From: Nitrospirota bacterium
GTDB taxonomy: Bacteria; Nitrospirota; UBA9217
Length of the DNA: 64,000 bases
Direction of reading: 5' to 3'
NCBI GenBank assembly: GCA_963741205.1
Contig: CAVUHW010000028.1
Location: 1 to 64,000 of the forward strand
The position numbers and the translations under genes are program-made. The notes beneath the pieces were generated by a model. It was not told the origin of the DNA. It worked only from the letters and a program-made list of their open reading frames with translations, and made no database searches. Shown in pieces: positions 22,496-33,245 of this stretch (positions are counted from its first letter, which is position 1; the number at the start of each line of letters is the position of its first letter).

Positions 22496-22525
22496 GGCGG
22501 TGAACGTGTTCACCGCCTTTTTTTT
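22496..22525 (+). terminator. rho-independent terminator
   Basis: GGCGGTGAAC-GT-GTTCACCGCC followed by a T run. Confidence 0.8.
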
Positions 22526-22661
22526 GTCCGGCTCCGTCTCGCTGCGTCAGGATCGTAAAGGAGTTCTCCGTCAGAAGTAATTTGTCCCGCTGCCGGTGCT
22601 CCCGCATGCGCATCTCTTGGTGATTCGCCGTGTTCCGGGTGTCGCTTCCGCATCGTTGTTT

Positions 22662-23546
22662 CTATCTCTTCCTCACATCAGGGTAGAGTTTCTGCGCACA
22701 GTCCGGACAAATGCCATGACTGAAGTCGGCTTCGGAATGGTTCCGTATGTATGCTTCGATCTGGTTCCAATACCCTTTGTCGTCCCTGATTTTCTTGCAC
22801 GAAGCGCAGATCGGAAGCATGCCGGTCAGCATTTTAACTTTGGACAAAGCCTCCCGCATTTCGACATAAGCCGCATTCAGTGTTTCATTGATACTCTGCC
22901 AGTATTTTTCCTTTCCCGTCGTCTGATTTTCCAGATGCTTAAATCTCCATTCGATTTCCTCCAGAACGCCTCCGTGATGCCACGAGAGCGTGGTCCGGTT
23001 TTGCCTGGTGACAAAGCAAATATCGAAATGGTCCGCATGCGAGGCGTTGCTGACATCATAATAGAGCAGTTCGCCCGCGAGGCCCAGGCCTCCCAGGAGC
23101 ACGCCGCGTTCTATCTCACGCGGGAAAACAGTTGAACTGAAAATTCCCGCCGTACCCCCTGCTTCATTCAACTCCAGGAGATCGAAATGTCCGATACTCC
23201 CGGGCGGCCCCTTGATAACGCTTCGGAAGCCCTTTGAACTGGTCTGAAACTTTAAAAAATCAACGCCTGAAGAAATAAGGCTTTTGCCCGGTCCGTGATA
23301 ATACCATCCTTTCATCATTTCAATGCCGATCTGTTCGAGAATGCTTTCCTGGTTTTTGTATTGAGAGACCCGTCGCAGTAATTTCTGGAATACCTCGAGC
23401 GGATACCATGTGTCCGGCTCAAACGATTCCATCTCATCCGCATCTCCCCGCAAGAGCAGCTTTAAGCTCTCGCCAGCGTCCAGGAAGGATCGAAGTAACG
23501 CACCGTGTATTTTAACGTGACTGTTCATTTTAGGTATCGCCCGCAT
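22662..23546 (-). CDS. putative sensor domain fused to LPICxxCKKIR..SHGICPxC Cys-rich tail (start uncertain)
   Basis: tail motif typical of Desulfobacterota/Nitrospirota signalling proteins; PDTWYP N-terminal domain. Confidence 0.65.
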   Translation of the reverse strand: MRAIPKMNSHVKIHGALLRSFLDAGESLKLLLRGDADEMESFEPDTWYPLEVFQKLLRRVSQYKNQESILEQIGIEMMKGWYYHGPGKSLISSGVDFLKFQTSSKGFRSVIKGPPGSIGHFDLLELNEAGGTAGIFSSTVFPREIERGVLLGGLGLAGELLYYDVSNASHADHFDICFVTRQNRTTLSWHHGGVLEEIEWRFKHLENQTTGKEKYWQSINETLNAAYVEMREALSKVKMLTGMLPICASCKKIRDDKGYWNQIEAYIRNHSEADFSHGICPDCAQKLYPDVRKR

Positions 23547-23799
23547 GGTTACTTTTGATGCCTCCTGAGCAAGTTTCTGGACTTTATCAGATTTTTTCAT
23601 TTCCGGCAAGGAATTTACAAAATCGAACCGGCCCAACCGCTTCAGACGGCTTCCCGGTGAACAAGCGAGTTCCCTGTTGCAAATCATCGCGGCTTGTGAT
23701 AATTTAGGGGCGTTTTAAATCGTAACCGCGGCGGTCCTGAATCGCGGCCCTCCCGCTGTTCCACTCTTGTGCCCTCAAAGGAGCGATGCGGATAGACCT

Positions 23800-24420
23800 A
23801 TGGCACTCTTCCCGAAAAAAATAGATTTTTTTGAGCAGTTCGACCGGGCGCTCGAAAACCTGTCGCGGACGGCCAATGTCCTGGTCGACACCTTCAACAA
23901 CTTCGACAGCACTTCGAGAAAAAAGCGAAGGTGATCTACGAGTTCGAGCAGGAAGGCGACATGCTCACCCACGACATCATGAAGGACCTGAACAAGACCT
24001 TCCTCACCCCCATCGACCGCGAAGACATCCATGCCCTGGCGTCGCGCATCGACGACGTCGTCGACCTGATCTGGGCCGCCGTGGACAGGATGGTGGTGTA
24101 CAAGATCGAGAAGCCGACGCCGGAGGTCATTTCCATAGCCGAAGACCTGCAGATGACCGCGGACGTTTTGAAAAAGGCGCTCCGGGAGCTCCGGGCGAAG
24201 CAATATTCCCACGTGCAGGAGCACTGCATCGAAGTCAACCGGCTCGAAAACCGCATCGACCGCAAATACCGCGACGCCCTCGGCAAGCTCGTCAACGAGC
24301 AGCAACGACCCCGTGTATATCATCAAATGGAAAGACATCTACCAGCTCTTTGAAGACGCCTCGGACCGGGCCGAAGACATCGCCAACATTCTCGAAAGCA
24401 TCGTCCTGAAACATGCATGA
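23800..24420 (+). CDS. DUF47 phosphate transport regulator (frameshifts)
   Basis: EQEGD..TH..LNKTFLTPIDREDI..L...IDDVVD, ENRID, KWKDIY; upstream of pit. Confidence 0.88.
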
Positions 24421-25407
24421 AATCCTGATCCTCATCATCGTCCTCGCGGTGTTTTTCGATATCGCGAACGGCTGGCACGACTGCGCGAACGCCATCGCCA
24501 CCGTGGTGTCGACCAAGGTCCTCTCGCCCATGACGGCGGTGGTCCTCGCCGCAGGCATGAACATCCTCGGCGCCTTCCTCTCGACGGCCGTGGCAAAGAC
24601 CATCGGCATCGGGCATCGTGGACCCCATGGCGGTCACCGACGTCGTCATCATCTCCGCCCTGCTCTCCGCCATCCTCTGGAACATCATCACGATCCTCAT
24701 GGGGCTTCCCGTCAGCTCCTCGCACGCGCTCGTTCGGCGGGCATCGCAGGAGCGGCCATGGCCCACGGCGGCGCGGCGCATCCTGAACGTCGGCGGCATC
24801 GTGAAGATCCTCACTTCGCTCCTCATCTCCCCGGTCTTCGGCATCGTCATCGGATATCTCTTCATGAAGCTGATCTTGTATCTTTTCGGCCAGCTCTCCC
24901 CCGGCATCATCAGCAAGTACTTCGGCAGGCTCCAGATCCTCTCGTCGTCCTTCATGGCCTTCGGCCACGGCTCCAACGACGCCCAGAAGGCCATGGGCAT
25001 CATCACCATGGCCCTGGTCTCCGGCGGCGAGATCAAGACACTCGATGTGCCGACGTGGGTCGTCCTCATCTGCGCTGTTGGCCATGGGTTTCGGCACGCT
25101 CTTCGGCGGGTGGAAGATCATCAAGACCCTCGGCGTCAAGATGCTGAAGCTCGAGCCCATTCACGGGTTCGCTGCGGAGACGTCATCGGCCGTGATCATC
25201 ATAGCGGCAAGCCACTGGGGCATGCCCGTGAGCACGACCCATGTCGTCTCATCCGCGATCCTCGGCGTCGGCGCGACGAAGCGACTTTCGGCCGTCCGCT
25301 GGGGCATCGCGGGCAAGATCGTCATGGCATGGGTCCTGACGCTGCCGGCCTGCATCGGCATGGCATGGGGGATCCAGAAGATCCTGACGTCTTATCATCT
25401 CGGATAG
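24413..25407 (+). CDS. pit: PiT family inorganic phosphate transporter (frameshifts)
   Basis: NGWHDCANAIAT, GLPVSSSHAL, HGSNDAQKAMG, PVSTTH. Confidence 0.92.
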
Positions 25408-25432
25408 GGGATTGAGGGGCTTCGCGGCCGGG

Positions 25433-26067
25433 CTACGTGAGGTTTAGCATCCTTGATATTTTTCTTGAATCCACACCCTGAAACTTTCCCGCCTTCAACG
25501 CGTCGATAAAATTATCATACGTCACTGCCCTGCGAAACTCGGTATAGCAGGAGCCCACCTCGCGGGGCTCATGCGCGTCCGACCCGCCGGTATAGGGAAG
25601 ATGCAGCTCCTTCGCCGCGTTGATCGCCTTGACATTAAAGGCGTACATGTTGCGCCGTTGCACCCTTCAAGGCCGGCAATGCCGTTCACGCTCCGCACCA
25701 GGTCGCCGAGGCTCGTTCCCGGTCGATAGGGATGGGACGGGATCACGACGCCTCCGGCCTCGTTGACGAAGCGCATCACGTCCGCGACAGGGGCGTATTT
25801 GATGCCCAGCTTGTCCGTATCCACGCCGAAAATAAGGCAGTGGCCCTCGATCGCGGAGAACTCAACCCCCCGAAGGATCAGGATTTTCTCTCCGTATTTT
25901 TCCCTTAGAATCTCCGGCTGACTCGGACGCCTCGTAGTAATAATGCTCGGTCAAGGCGATGCCGTGAAGGCCGAGCTTCGATGGCGCGGACAATCGTCTT
26001 CCTCCGGATCGGCGTCGTTGTCGCCGCTGTGTTTCGAATGAACGTGAAGGTCGATCTTGAATTTCAT
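25433..26067 (-). CDS. PHP-domain phosphoesterase (frameshifts)
   Basis: IDLHVHS, ALTEH, GVEF..EGH, PSHPYR, GGSDAH. Confidence 0.85.
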
Positions 26068-26133
26068 GATGTTGATTTATCCGCCCGGATGAACACTCGA
26101 TTGTCACAAAGTCGCTGCAGCCGATGCAAAAAC

Positions 26134-26211
26134 GCACCCTAAAGTGTCGCGGCTACCTTGTTGATTATCGATAACGTCGCATTCGGTAGCCGCAGGCTTT
26201 AGCCGCGCGAT
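26134..26211. repeat. GTAG-type REP pair
   Basis: cgcaccctaaagtgtcgcggctac and gtagccgcaggctttagccgcgcg between two genes. Confidence 0.5.
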
Positions 26212-26934
26212 GGCAGCTTTTCAACAGCCTCGCTAGACCCTTGATAAGAACTACCGACCTTTCGTCCTCGCAACTCCCGCCGCAGGTGCAGGCGAAGGAC
26301 CGGGCCCTGGCCTTCTCGAACGCCTCTCTTCCCTTCCCGGAAGCAGATGGCGCCGATGACGAGGGCGCCGGCCGAGTCGAGCCCGCCGATGCCCGTGAAC
26401 TGGTACCCCGCGCTCGCGACCAGCAAGACAACCGAGAGCTGCAGACACGCCCGCGTGCAGGCGGCGTCGGCGAGGATGGCCGGGGAATTCAGGCCCTCTC
26501 CCGACCTTCACCTTCGCCCGGATGAGCGCCCACATGGAGACGATGGAGACGACCGAGACGACCATGCCCCAGAAGGTGCTCTCCGGCCGGTGCCCGCGGG
26601 AGAGGTCGACGATGGACGTAATGGCAAGACCGGCCGTGAGGACGTAAAAGGCCGTGCCCGTGATCCTGAGCGCCCGCTGCTCGAACTGGTCGGGATTCTC
26701 TCCGCCGTTTCGCCTGATCCTTCGGATCATGTGCCAGATGCCGATGCCGGAGACGACCTCGACGAAAGAGTCGAGACCGAAGCCGAAGAGCGACATGCTC
26801 TCGTCTTTCATGCCGAATAAAACCGAGACAAGTCCTTCGGCGATATTGTAGAGGATCGTGATCAGCGCCAGCGTCGCTGCCCTGGCGTAAAGTTTATTGT
26901 TTCCCGGCGCGAAACGGGGCAAGAGGGTCGTCAT
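26199..26934 (-). CDS. cation efflux (CDF transmembrane-only) protein, 3' end uncertain
   Basis: YNIAEG, L.GFGLDS.VEV.S, ERRA-like motif, about 6 TMs, Cys-rich tail. Confidence 0.75.
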
Positions 26935-27103
26935 GGATTCAGTGTTCCAGAAAAGGCATCGTCGTTTATACCACGCCGCGATCCGAAATATCAAGGGGAA
27001 CAGGAGAAGAGGGCCAGACGGGCTCTTTTTCAATCCGCGATCCGAAAGAGGAGTGTCTACTTTGCTCAATCAGGCGCCACATGCTGTATTTCCCAGAATC
27101 ACC

Positions 27104-27181
27104 GGATCCCCGATTAAACCATCTGGAATGACATTTGACAAATCATGTATTTGTCATCCCCGAGTGCTTCTATCGCGGATA
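27104..27181. repeat. REP-like palindromic pair (same family as 6440)
   Basis: ggatccccgatt..ggaatgac and gtcatccccgagtgcttctatcgcggat. Confidence 0.55.
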
Positions 27182-27234
27182 TGGCTTCAAGTGTGGAATA
27201 GTTGGAGTCGGTGAATATCCTAATTCGATGCGCC

Positions 27235-28438
27235 CTAATCGATCACGGTGTTCGTCTCCCGCAGCCGCGCCGCCATGTCCCGCAGTATCTCGACGATGTA
27301 AGCGGGGTATTCGTTCATCAGGTTTTCGATGTTCTCGTTGCCGACGGCTACCAGTTCCACGTCCTCCAGAGCCACCGCCTGGGCCATGCGCGGCGACGAC
27401 AGAAGGAACGACATGCCTCCGAAACACCGCCCCTCCGTGATCACGGCAAGTTCCCGGCCGCCCTTGCGGATGGCCACCTTTCCCTTGAGGACCGAAAACA
27501 TCTCCGTGCCCGGCTCCCCCTCGTTGAAAATGACGCTTCCTTTTTCCCGGGTCAGGACGTACTTGCTGATGATCCGGGCGGGAACGCCCTTCTTGCCTTC
27601 CATCAGTTTCTTGATAAAGGCCGTCTCGTCCCGTCCCAGGGCCGCGGCGAATTCCGCCCCGAGCAGGAAAACGACGAGGGAGCAATAGATCCAGATGATC
27701 ACGACGAACAGCGACTTGAAGGACCCGAACGCGAAGCCGTAACCGGGATTGTACAGCAGGAACAGGTGGAACAGGGGGCGCATCGCAAACCAGAGCAGCG
27801 ACGTCGCCAGAGCGCCGATTACGAGATTGATCTTGGGGACGCCCTTCGAGAACATGGCGTAGAGCGAAAAGACCACAACGGTCATGAAGACGAACGGAGC
27901 GGCGATCTCGAAACTGGCTGATGGCCAGGCGCAGATGGCTCTTTGTTTCGAGAAGGGTGATGACGATGTCGGCCACGACGATGACGGACACGCCGATCAG
28001 AAATACGATGCTGATCGCCACGTCGAACAGCTTTTCCAGGAGAAAAGGCCGGGTCGGCTTTTTCCGGAAAACGGTCCCGAGCGATATGCGCAGGTCGGCG
28101 ATGAGCGGCGTAATGCTCCAGAGCAGCACCAGGGCATTCACGAGGCCGATGGCGCCCAGATGGGACGATATGGACCGTACTTCGCTCACGATGTCCTGGC
28201 TGTAAGCCGGGATCAGCTGCCCGAGCAGTTCCTGAGTCTTGGCCAGGGCGCCCGCCGACGATCCGATCGCGGCGCTCAGGACGAAGGTGAGAAGAAAGAG
28301 AGACGGGATGAGCGTAAGGGTCGCGGAAAAAGCGAGAGATGACGCCGCGGTCAGGTCGTTGTTCTTCTGGAAGGACCAGAACGTTTCGGACAGGGCCATC
28401 CGGAGTTTCGCAAAGAAGTCTGCGGCTGATGTGATCAT
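27235..28438 (-). CDS. YihY/BrkB membrane protein fused to a cyclic-nucleotide-binding domain (frameshift near 27910)
   Basis: ASSLAF..L.P, YG..FGS..V.IIWIY..FLLGAEF; then IFNEGEPG, FGGMSFL, PRMA. Confidence 0.82.
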
Positions 28439-29226
28439 GGGGCCTGGATATCTTTCGTAATCTGGCTCTTGATGAAGCTCCTGATCCGCTCCCGGTCCGC
28501 ATCCGGAATATCGACAAACTTCATCCCCATTCCGGGCTCCTTAAACGGCCCCTTATGCATCGAAAACGCATACAGGACCTCCCCGCGCGCTCTAATCAGG
28601 CTGCTCTCAACCATGAACGCGACGGGATGGACGGAATTGATCTCCCTCGGCGTCAGGGTCCGGAGGTACATGCCGTTTTCCGAAAGGGCCGTGATGACTT
28701 CCGGGGTTCCGGTTCCGCCGGACGCAGGACGTCCCGCCACATCCGCCGGAAGAAACGTCCTGAGACGGAAATAATTTCGCGGCATGACCTCCGTCGCATG
28801 CTGGATGGCGCTGTAGAGGCTGTCGGGTTCGACCGGTTTCCTGAGAAATGACGCGCATCCGTAAGAAAGACAGAGTTCCTCTACCTTCGGGTCCGCAAGA
28901 GACGTCTGGAGAATGACGGGGACCGACCGGGTATCGGGCTCCTGTTTGATGCGGGTAAGCAGCTCGATGCCGTTCATCTTCGGCAGCAGCAAGTCCGCGA
29001 TGACCAGCCTCGGCGGTGCACCGGCCATGATTTCGAGAGCGTCCTCGGCGCTGTTCGATACGTAGACATCGTATCCGAGCCGCTGAAGTATCATGCCGGT
29101 AGAGAACAGGTCCTTGGCGTTGCCGTCCACGAGAAGGATAAAACGTTTCTTGGCATCCCACAGCTTTGCGTCGTTTCCGGCCCGGTCAGGCGCGGCGCTG
29201 GGGCTGTTCTTCCCGTTTTCGATCAT
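28435..29226 (-). CDS. response regulator, REC + PilZ-like domain
   Basis: ILLVD, IADLLLPKMNG, FLRKP; RNYFR, LSENG, PGMGMKF. Confidence 0.85.
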   Translation of the reverse strand: MIENGKNSPSAAPDRAGNDAKLWDAKKRFILLVDGNAKDLFSTGMILQRLGYDVYVSNSAEDALEIMAGAPPRLVIADLLLPKMNGIELLTRIKQEPDTRSVPVILQTSLADPKVEELCLSYGCASFLRKPVEPDSLYSAIQHATEVMPRNYFRLRTFLPADVAGRPASGGTGTPEVITALSENGMYLRTLTPREINSVHPVAFMVESSLIRARGEVLYAFSMHKGPFKEPGMGMKFVDIPDADRERIRSFIKSQITKDIQAP

Positions 29227-29243
29227 ATCGGCCCGCTTCCTTA

Positions 29244-29990
29244 TCAGCGCACTACCCCACTCTCATGATGGGCAAGGTCCCCCGTCAACTGCTCCCTGAT
29301 GAACTCCCTGATGTGCGACCGGTCCTCATCGGAAATCTCGACGAACTTCATCCCCATCCCCGGCTCTTTGAAGGGCCCCTCTGACTGGGCATAACTGTAA
29401 AGTACGACGCCCTTGGCCTGGATCTCACGGTCTCGGATAATGATGCGGAGGGGGGTAAGGGCATTTGACGGCTGGGGATAAAGCGTTTTGATATAGAGCC
29501 CGCCTTCGGAAATGGCCGTGGCGAACTCGGTCCGTTTCGCCCCCCCGGCCGGACTGTCATCCCCGATGATGACCTTCAGCGACGTGTGCAGGCGAATGTT
29601 CACACGGGGCACGGACTCCGACGCGGACTGGAGTGCCCGGTAGAGCGCGTCAGGATCCGCGGGCTTGCCGAGGTAGGCGGCGCAGCCCATGCGGATGCAG
29701 GACTCCCTGGTTCCGGGATCGTTTTCCGACGTCAGGATGACGACGGGTACGGCCTTGAACCGCTCGGATTGCTTCACCTTCCCGAGAAACTGGATGCCGC
29801 TCATCCGCGGCAGCGAAAGCTCGGTCAGCACGATTGAAGGGACGGAGTCCTCCATCATCTGGAGGGCATCCTCGCCGGACCGCGCCGTTGCTACTTTGTA
29901 CTCCAGCCGCCTCAGCAGCATGGCAAAATAAAAAAGAGCGGAAACGCTGCCATCAACCAGGAGTATCGTGCGGATTTCACGGTCCGGCAT
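29244..29990 (-). CDS. atypical response regulator, REC (Asp to Glu) + PilZ-like domain
   Basis: VLTELSLPRMSG, YLGKP; RVNIR, ISEGG, PGMGMKF; paralogue of the neighbour. Confidence 0.85.
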   Translation of the reverse strand: MPDREIRTILLVDGSVSALFYFAMLLRRLEYKVATARSGEDALQMMEDSVPSIVLTELSLPRMSGIQFLGKVKQSERFKAVPVVILTSENDPGTRESCIRMGCAAYLGKPADPDALYRALQSASESVPRVNIRLHTSLKVIIGDDSPAGGAKRTEFATAISEGGLYIKTLYPQPSNALTPLRIIIRDREIQAKGVVLYSYAQSEGPFKEPGMGMKFVEISDEDRSHIREFIREQLTGDLAHHESGVVR

Positions 29991-30003
29991 AGCTATCCTC
30001 TCC

Positions 30004-31650
30004 ATGAACTACCCGCCACTGAACCAATTACATGGTTGCAGTGGGGGTTTCACGGATCATAGAAGCATGCAGTCCCTGAGTAGTTCCCAAGGCCTGTCTT
30101 ATCTGCTTCTCCCCGCGCGTAACTTCGGCCGGTTCCCGGCCTAGTGTTTCCTTCTTCCTTAGCCGCATGGCGCGCTTGCTGATGCTTTACGGCAATTTCG
30201 CCGGACACAAGCATTTCTATGCCGCGCTTCTTAATAACGAGAGACGCATTGGTATCGGCGTTTTCCGTAAAGCCACAGCTCTGGCAATCGAACACCGCCT
30301 GTGACTGGCGATTGTCCGGGTGAGTGTGCGAACACTTCGAACACTCCTGTGAGGTGCCGTGCGGCGGTATGGCGATAACGAGCTTGTTGCGTCGCGAGGC
30401 TTTGTACGTCGTAAAGAGTTTTACCTTGCCCCACGCTGATTCGAGTATGGACTTGTTGAGACCGGCCTTGGCCTTTGACCCGTTCGGAATATACGTACCG
30501 CCGGCTGACTTCTTAGGCTTTGGCGCTCTGGTCATGTTCTTGACCTTGAGGTCCTCGAAGACGAACACCTCCGCGGGTGAATCCACGAGCTTGCGGCTGG
30601 CCTTATGCGCGAAATCATGCCTTACATTGGCAGCATAAGCCTGGCAGCGGGCTGATTTCGCAGCTGATTGCCTAAATGCGGCCGGATCCTTTGATCCGCC
30701 TCGCCATTTGCCTCTGATATCTCCTCTTCCGGGTATCCTTTTTTGCCAGTCGCTCTTTTTGGATGCTGGAGAAGTCCTACACAAATCCGTCGCTCGTTGC
30801 CAGCGGGATTACAACTCCTCGGTCCATTCCCAGGGCAACGGTATTGAGACTCTCCGAAGACATGCCGCCGTAAAGCTCGAGAAGTTCCTGCTCGCTCAAA
30901 ACTGTGCCTTGCTTCTCATAGGAGAAGGAGACATACCATTTCCCGGACTCCTGGGAAATGGTGATAGCCGCCGGAACCTCGTACTCATCATGAGCCTTGA
31001 ACTTAAGTTCGCCCAGATCGACAGGCTTTGTGCCAAGCATCAGCCGGTGCTCATAAATTGTTTTGTCTTGCCGCTGTTTTGAGCCTCCAGTAGGAACGAA
31101 CCTGAATAGCTCGCTGGTAACAGACGGACTGCCGCCCCGCCTTCTTTTTATAAGCAGGGCGACGAGCGAGTCCTGTGAGGTACCTCTTGTAGGAACCCAT
31201 GAACCTTGTTGCGCCGTTTCTTAGCATTTGTGATGGCACATCGTAGAGAAACGGGGTGAGTTTCTTGTCCTTGAACTGGGCGTATTGCTGATCAATCGGC
31301 GGCTGTAGTCCGGTCAGTGACAGCGAATGATTCCGGAAAGTACGGAAATAACGCTCTTCGGCAACCTTGGCGTTGTAGATAAGCCGTTGGCAACCCATCC
31401 ACTGCGCGAGAATATCAGCCTGCTCCGTTGTCGGGTAACAACGGAATTTTATGCCGCTTGAAAACGCCACATCTCTAATATAGGTGATGAATCCTGATAG
31501 TGCAACTCAATAAGACGCTGCAGCCATCGGTCCTATATTATAAGATTGCATATCGTTTCGTAGCACAGACAACGCACCAATCCGCATCCAAAACAGTCCG
31601 CTTGACTCCCTCCTGGCGCTTTGCCTCTAGCAGGGGAATGCGGGATTTAG
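30004..31650 (-). mobile_element. IS200/IS605-family tnpB-only element, copy 2
   Basis: collinear with 13841-15490, similar but not identical; same ends, different flanks. Confidence 0.88.
30028..31470 (-). CDS. tnpB: TnpB copy 2 (GTG start, several frameshifts)
   Basis: same LGMDRG / VFEDL / NADTNAS motifs and zinc finger. Confidence 0.88.
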
Positions 31651-31796
31651 TTCAATGTTCACCGGCAGTGCCGCGGGGTTCGCGAGCAAATACAGGATAA
31701 CATCTCCAGCGCGTTTGTCAAGCAAAACAGCGGGATGAGGCTGAGCGTGAAAAGAATCAGGAAGGAAGGTTGTATCCCGGGACCATCGTCGGTCCG

Positions 31797-32183
31797 TCAT
31801 CCGATTTCCTCCAGCGCTTCCCTGGCCGCTTCCCTGACCCCCGCATGACCGTCGTCCTTCAAGCATGCGTCGAGAGCTTCCTTTGCACCCGGGTCCCCGA
31901 TGATGCCGAGAACCGAAGCGGCATCTCCCCTGATCGTCGGGTTCTCGTGCGCGAGGAGCTTCATGAGTCCCGGGACCGCGTCCTTAAGCCCGGTCCGGCG
32001 CTCTCGAACAAGCTCTTCAACCAGCGCCGTCGCTCCGAGACGGACCCGGATATTGTCATCGCCGAGCATATCGGCGATGAACGGGAACAGCGACGCGTCC
32101 TGACGGAACAGGGCGATGATGTTGTCCAGAAAACCCCTCTTCATGTAATCGATGAGCAGGGACCGCATCTCGGCGTCATTCAT
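31797..32183 (-). CDS. HEAT repeat protein
   Basis: D.NIRVRLGA, ENPTIRGDAA..LG.IG, VREAAREAL. Confidence 0.8.
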   Translation of the reverse strand: MNDAEMRSLLIDYMKRGFLDNIIALFRQDASLFPFIADMLGDDNIRVRLGATALVEELVRERRTGLKDAVPGLMKLLAHENPTIRGDAASVLGIIGDPGAKEALDACLKDDGHAGVREAAREALEEIG

Positions 32184-32197
32184 GGTATGAAAAGCCG

Positions 32198-33166
32198 TCA
32201 CTTTTTATGGCAGGATTGGCAGAATTGCTGCCGCGGTTTGGCCTCGTCGTAGCCGTTGAGAAAAAAATTCGAATTTCCGGCATGAGGGTTATGGCAGGAA
32301 ACGCAGGTTAAGTCGGTCCCGGGATTTAAAGGATCGGGGCTCTTTTGCAGGGGATGTCCGCCGTTGCCCGAAAAGCTGACGACAACATGAGGCCGGGAGA
32401 AAACTTCTTCATGGCACGACCCGCATAGTGCCACGACGCCCAACCTCAGAAAATACGGTGCATCCGCCGCATGAGGATTATGGCAGGTGGTGCATAAGCC
32501 GGCGGCGGCCGGGGCGTGCATGTATTTTTTTTGCTCCCAGTCGTTTTCATGGCAGTTCGCGCAGAGTTTATCTACGGGCTTGTTGACGGCCAATTTCGAG
32601 TCCTGTGATTTTCCGTCGTGGCACATGAGGCAGGACCATACAGCCGACGGGCCGTGGACGAATGTATGGCCGCTCAGGATCTTTTTATGGCACAACGAAC
32701 AGGGAGACTGGTCAGGACCTCCCCCCTGCTTCGCGCCCTCCTTCCGGAAATCGAGATCATGGCAGGAGAGGCATTCTTTTTCGTTTTTGTCGACATGGAA
32801 GAAAAACCGCTTGTATCCGGCCGGAGCGTCTGCTGGAATCCGATGAAAGGTCGGAACGTTGAAATACCTTAACCGTCGCTTCCTGGTTTTTTTGCCTTTC
32901 TTAAAGGCAACGATCTTGATACTGTTCAGACCGCTGGAAAGACGGACCCCGTCGTAGCAGACCACGGACTGGTCAAGCTGTTTCGCGGAAACGGGCTGTT
33001 TTCTGTCATTGACAAAGAGCTGTATTTCGTCGACCTCGGTCGACCACGCTTTTAGAACAAGCGTGACCAACTCGCTCTCGACGAACGACCGGTCAGGCGG
33101 GACCACGATGGTCAAACCGCCGGCAGCGGACGTCCCCGGGTGTGAGAAGAACAGCAAACGGCGCAA
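32198..33166 (-). CDS. multiheme cytochrome c (8 CxxCH) with N-terminal beta domain; start uncertain
   Basis: CLSCH, CSLCH, CLMCH, CANCH, CTTCH, CGSCH, CVSCH, CQSCH; HGP/HAP/HNPH spacers. Confidence 0.9.
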   Translation of the reverse strand: MRRLLFFSHPGTSAAGGLTIVVPPDRSFVESELVTLVLKAWSTEVDEIQLFVNDRKQPVSAKQLDQSVVCYDGVRLSSGLNSIKIVAFKKGKKTRKRRLRYFNVPTFHRIPADAPAGYKRFFFHVDKNEKECLSCHDLDFRKEGAKQGGGPDQSPCSLCHKKILSGHTFVHGPSAVWSCLMCHDGKSQDSKLAVNKPVDKLCANCHENDWEQKKYMHAPAAAGLCTTCHNPHAADAPYFLRLGVVALCGSCHEEVFSRPHVVVSFSGNGGHPLQKSPDPLNPGTDLTCVSCHNPHAGNSNFFLNGYDEAKPRQQFCQSCHKK

Positions 33167-33245
33167 GCAGCAGCCATGAACGAAAGAAGGTCCCTTCCCC
33201 CCGCGCTACGCCGGGGGCATTTTTCGAAGAGCGGCCGGGCGCGAT

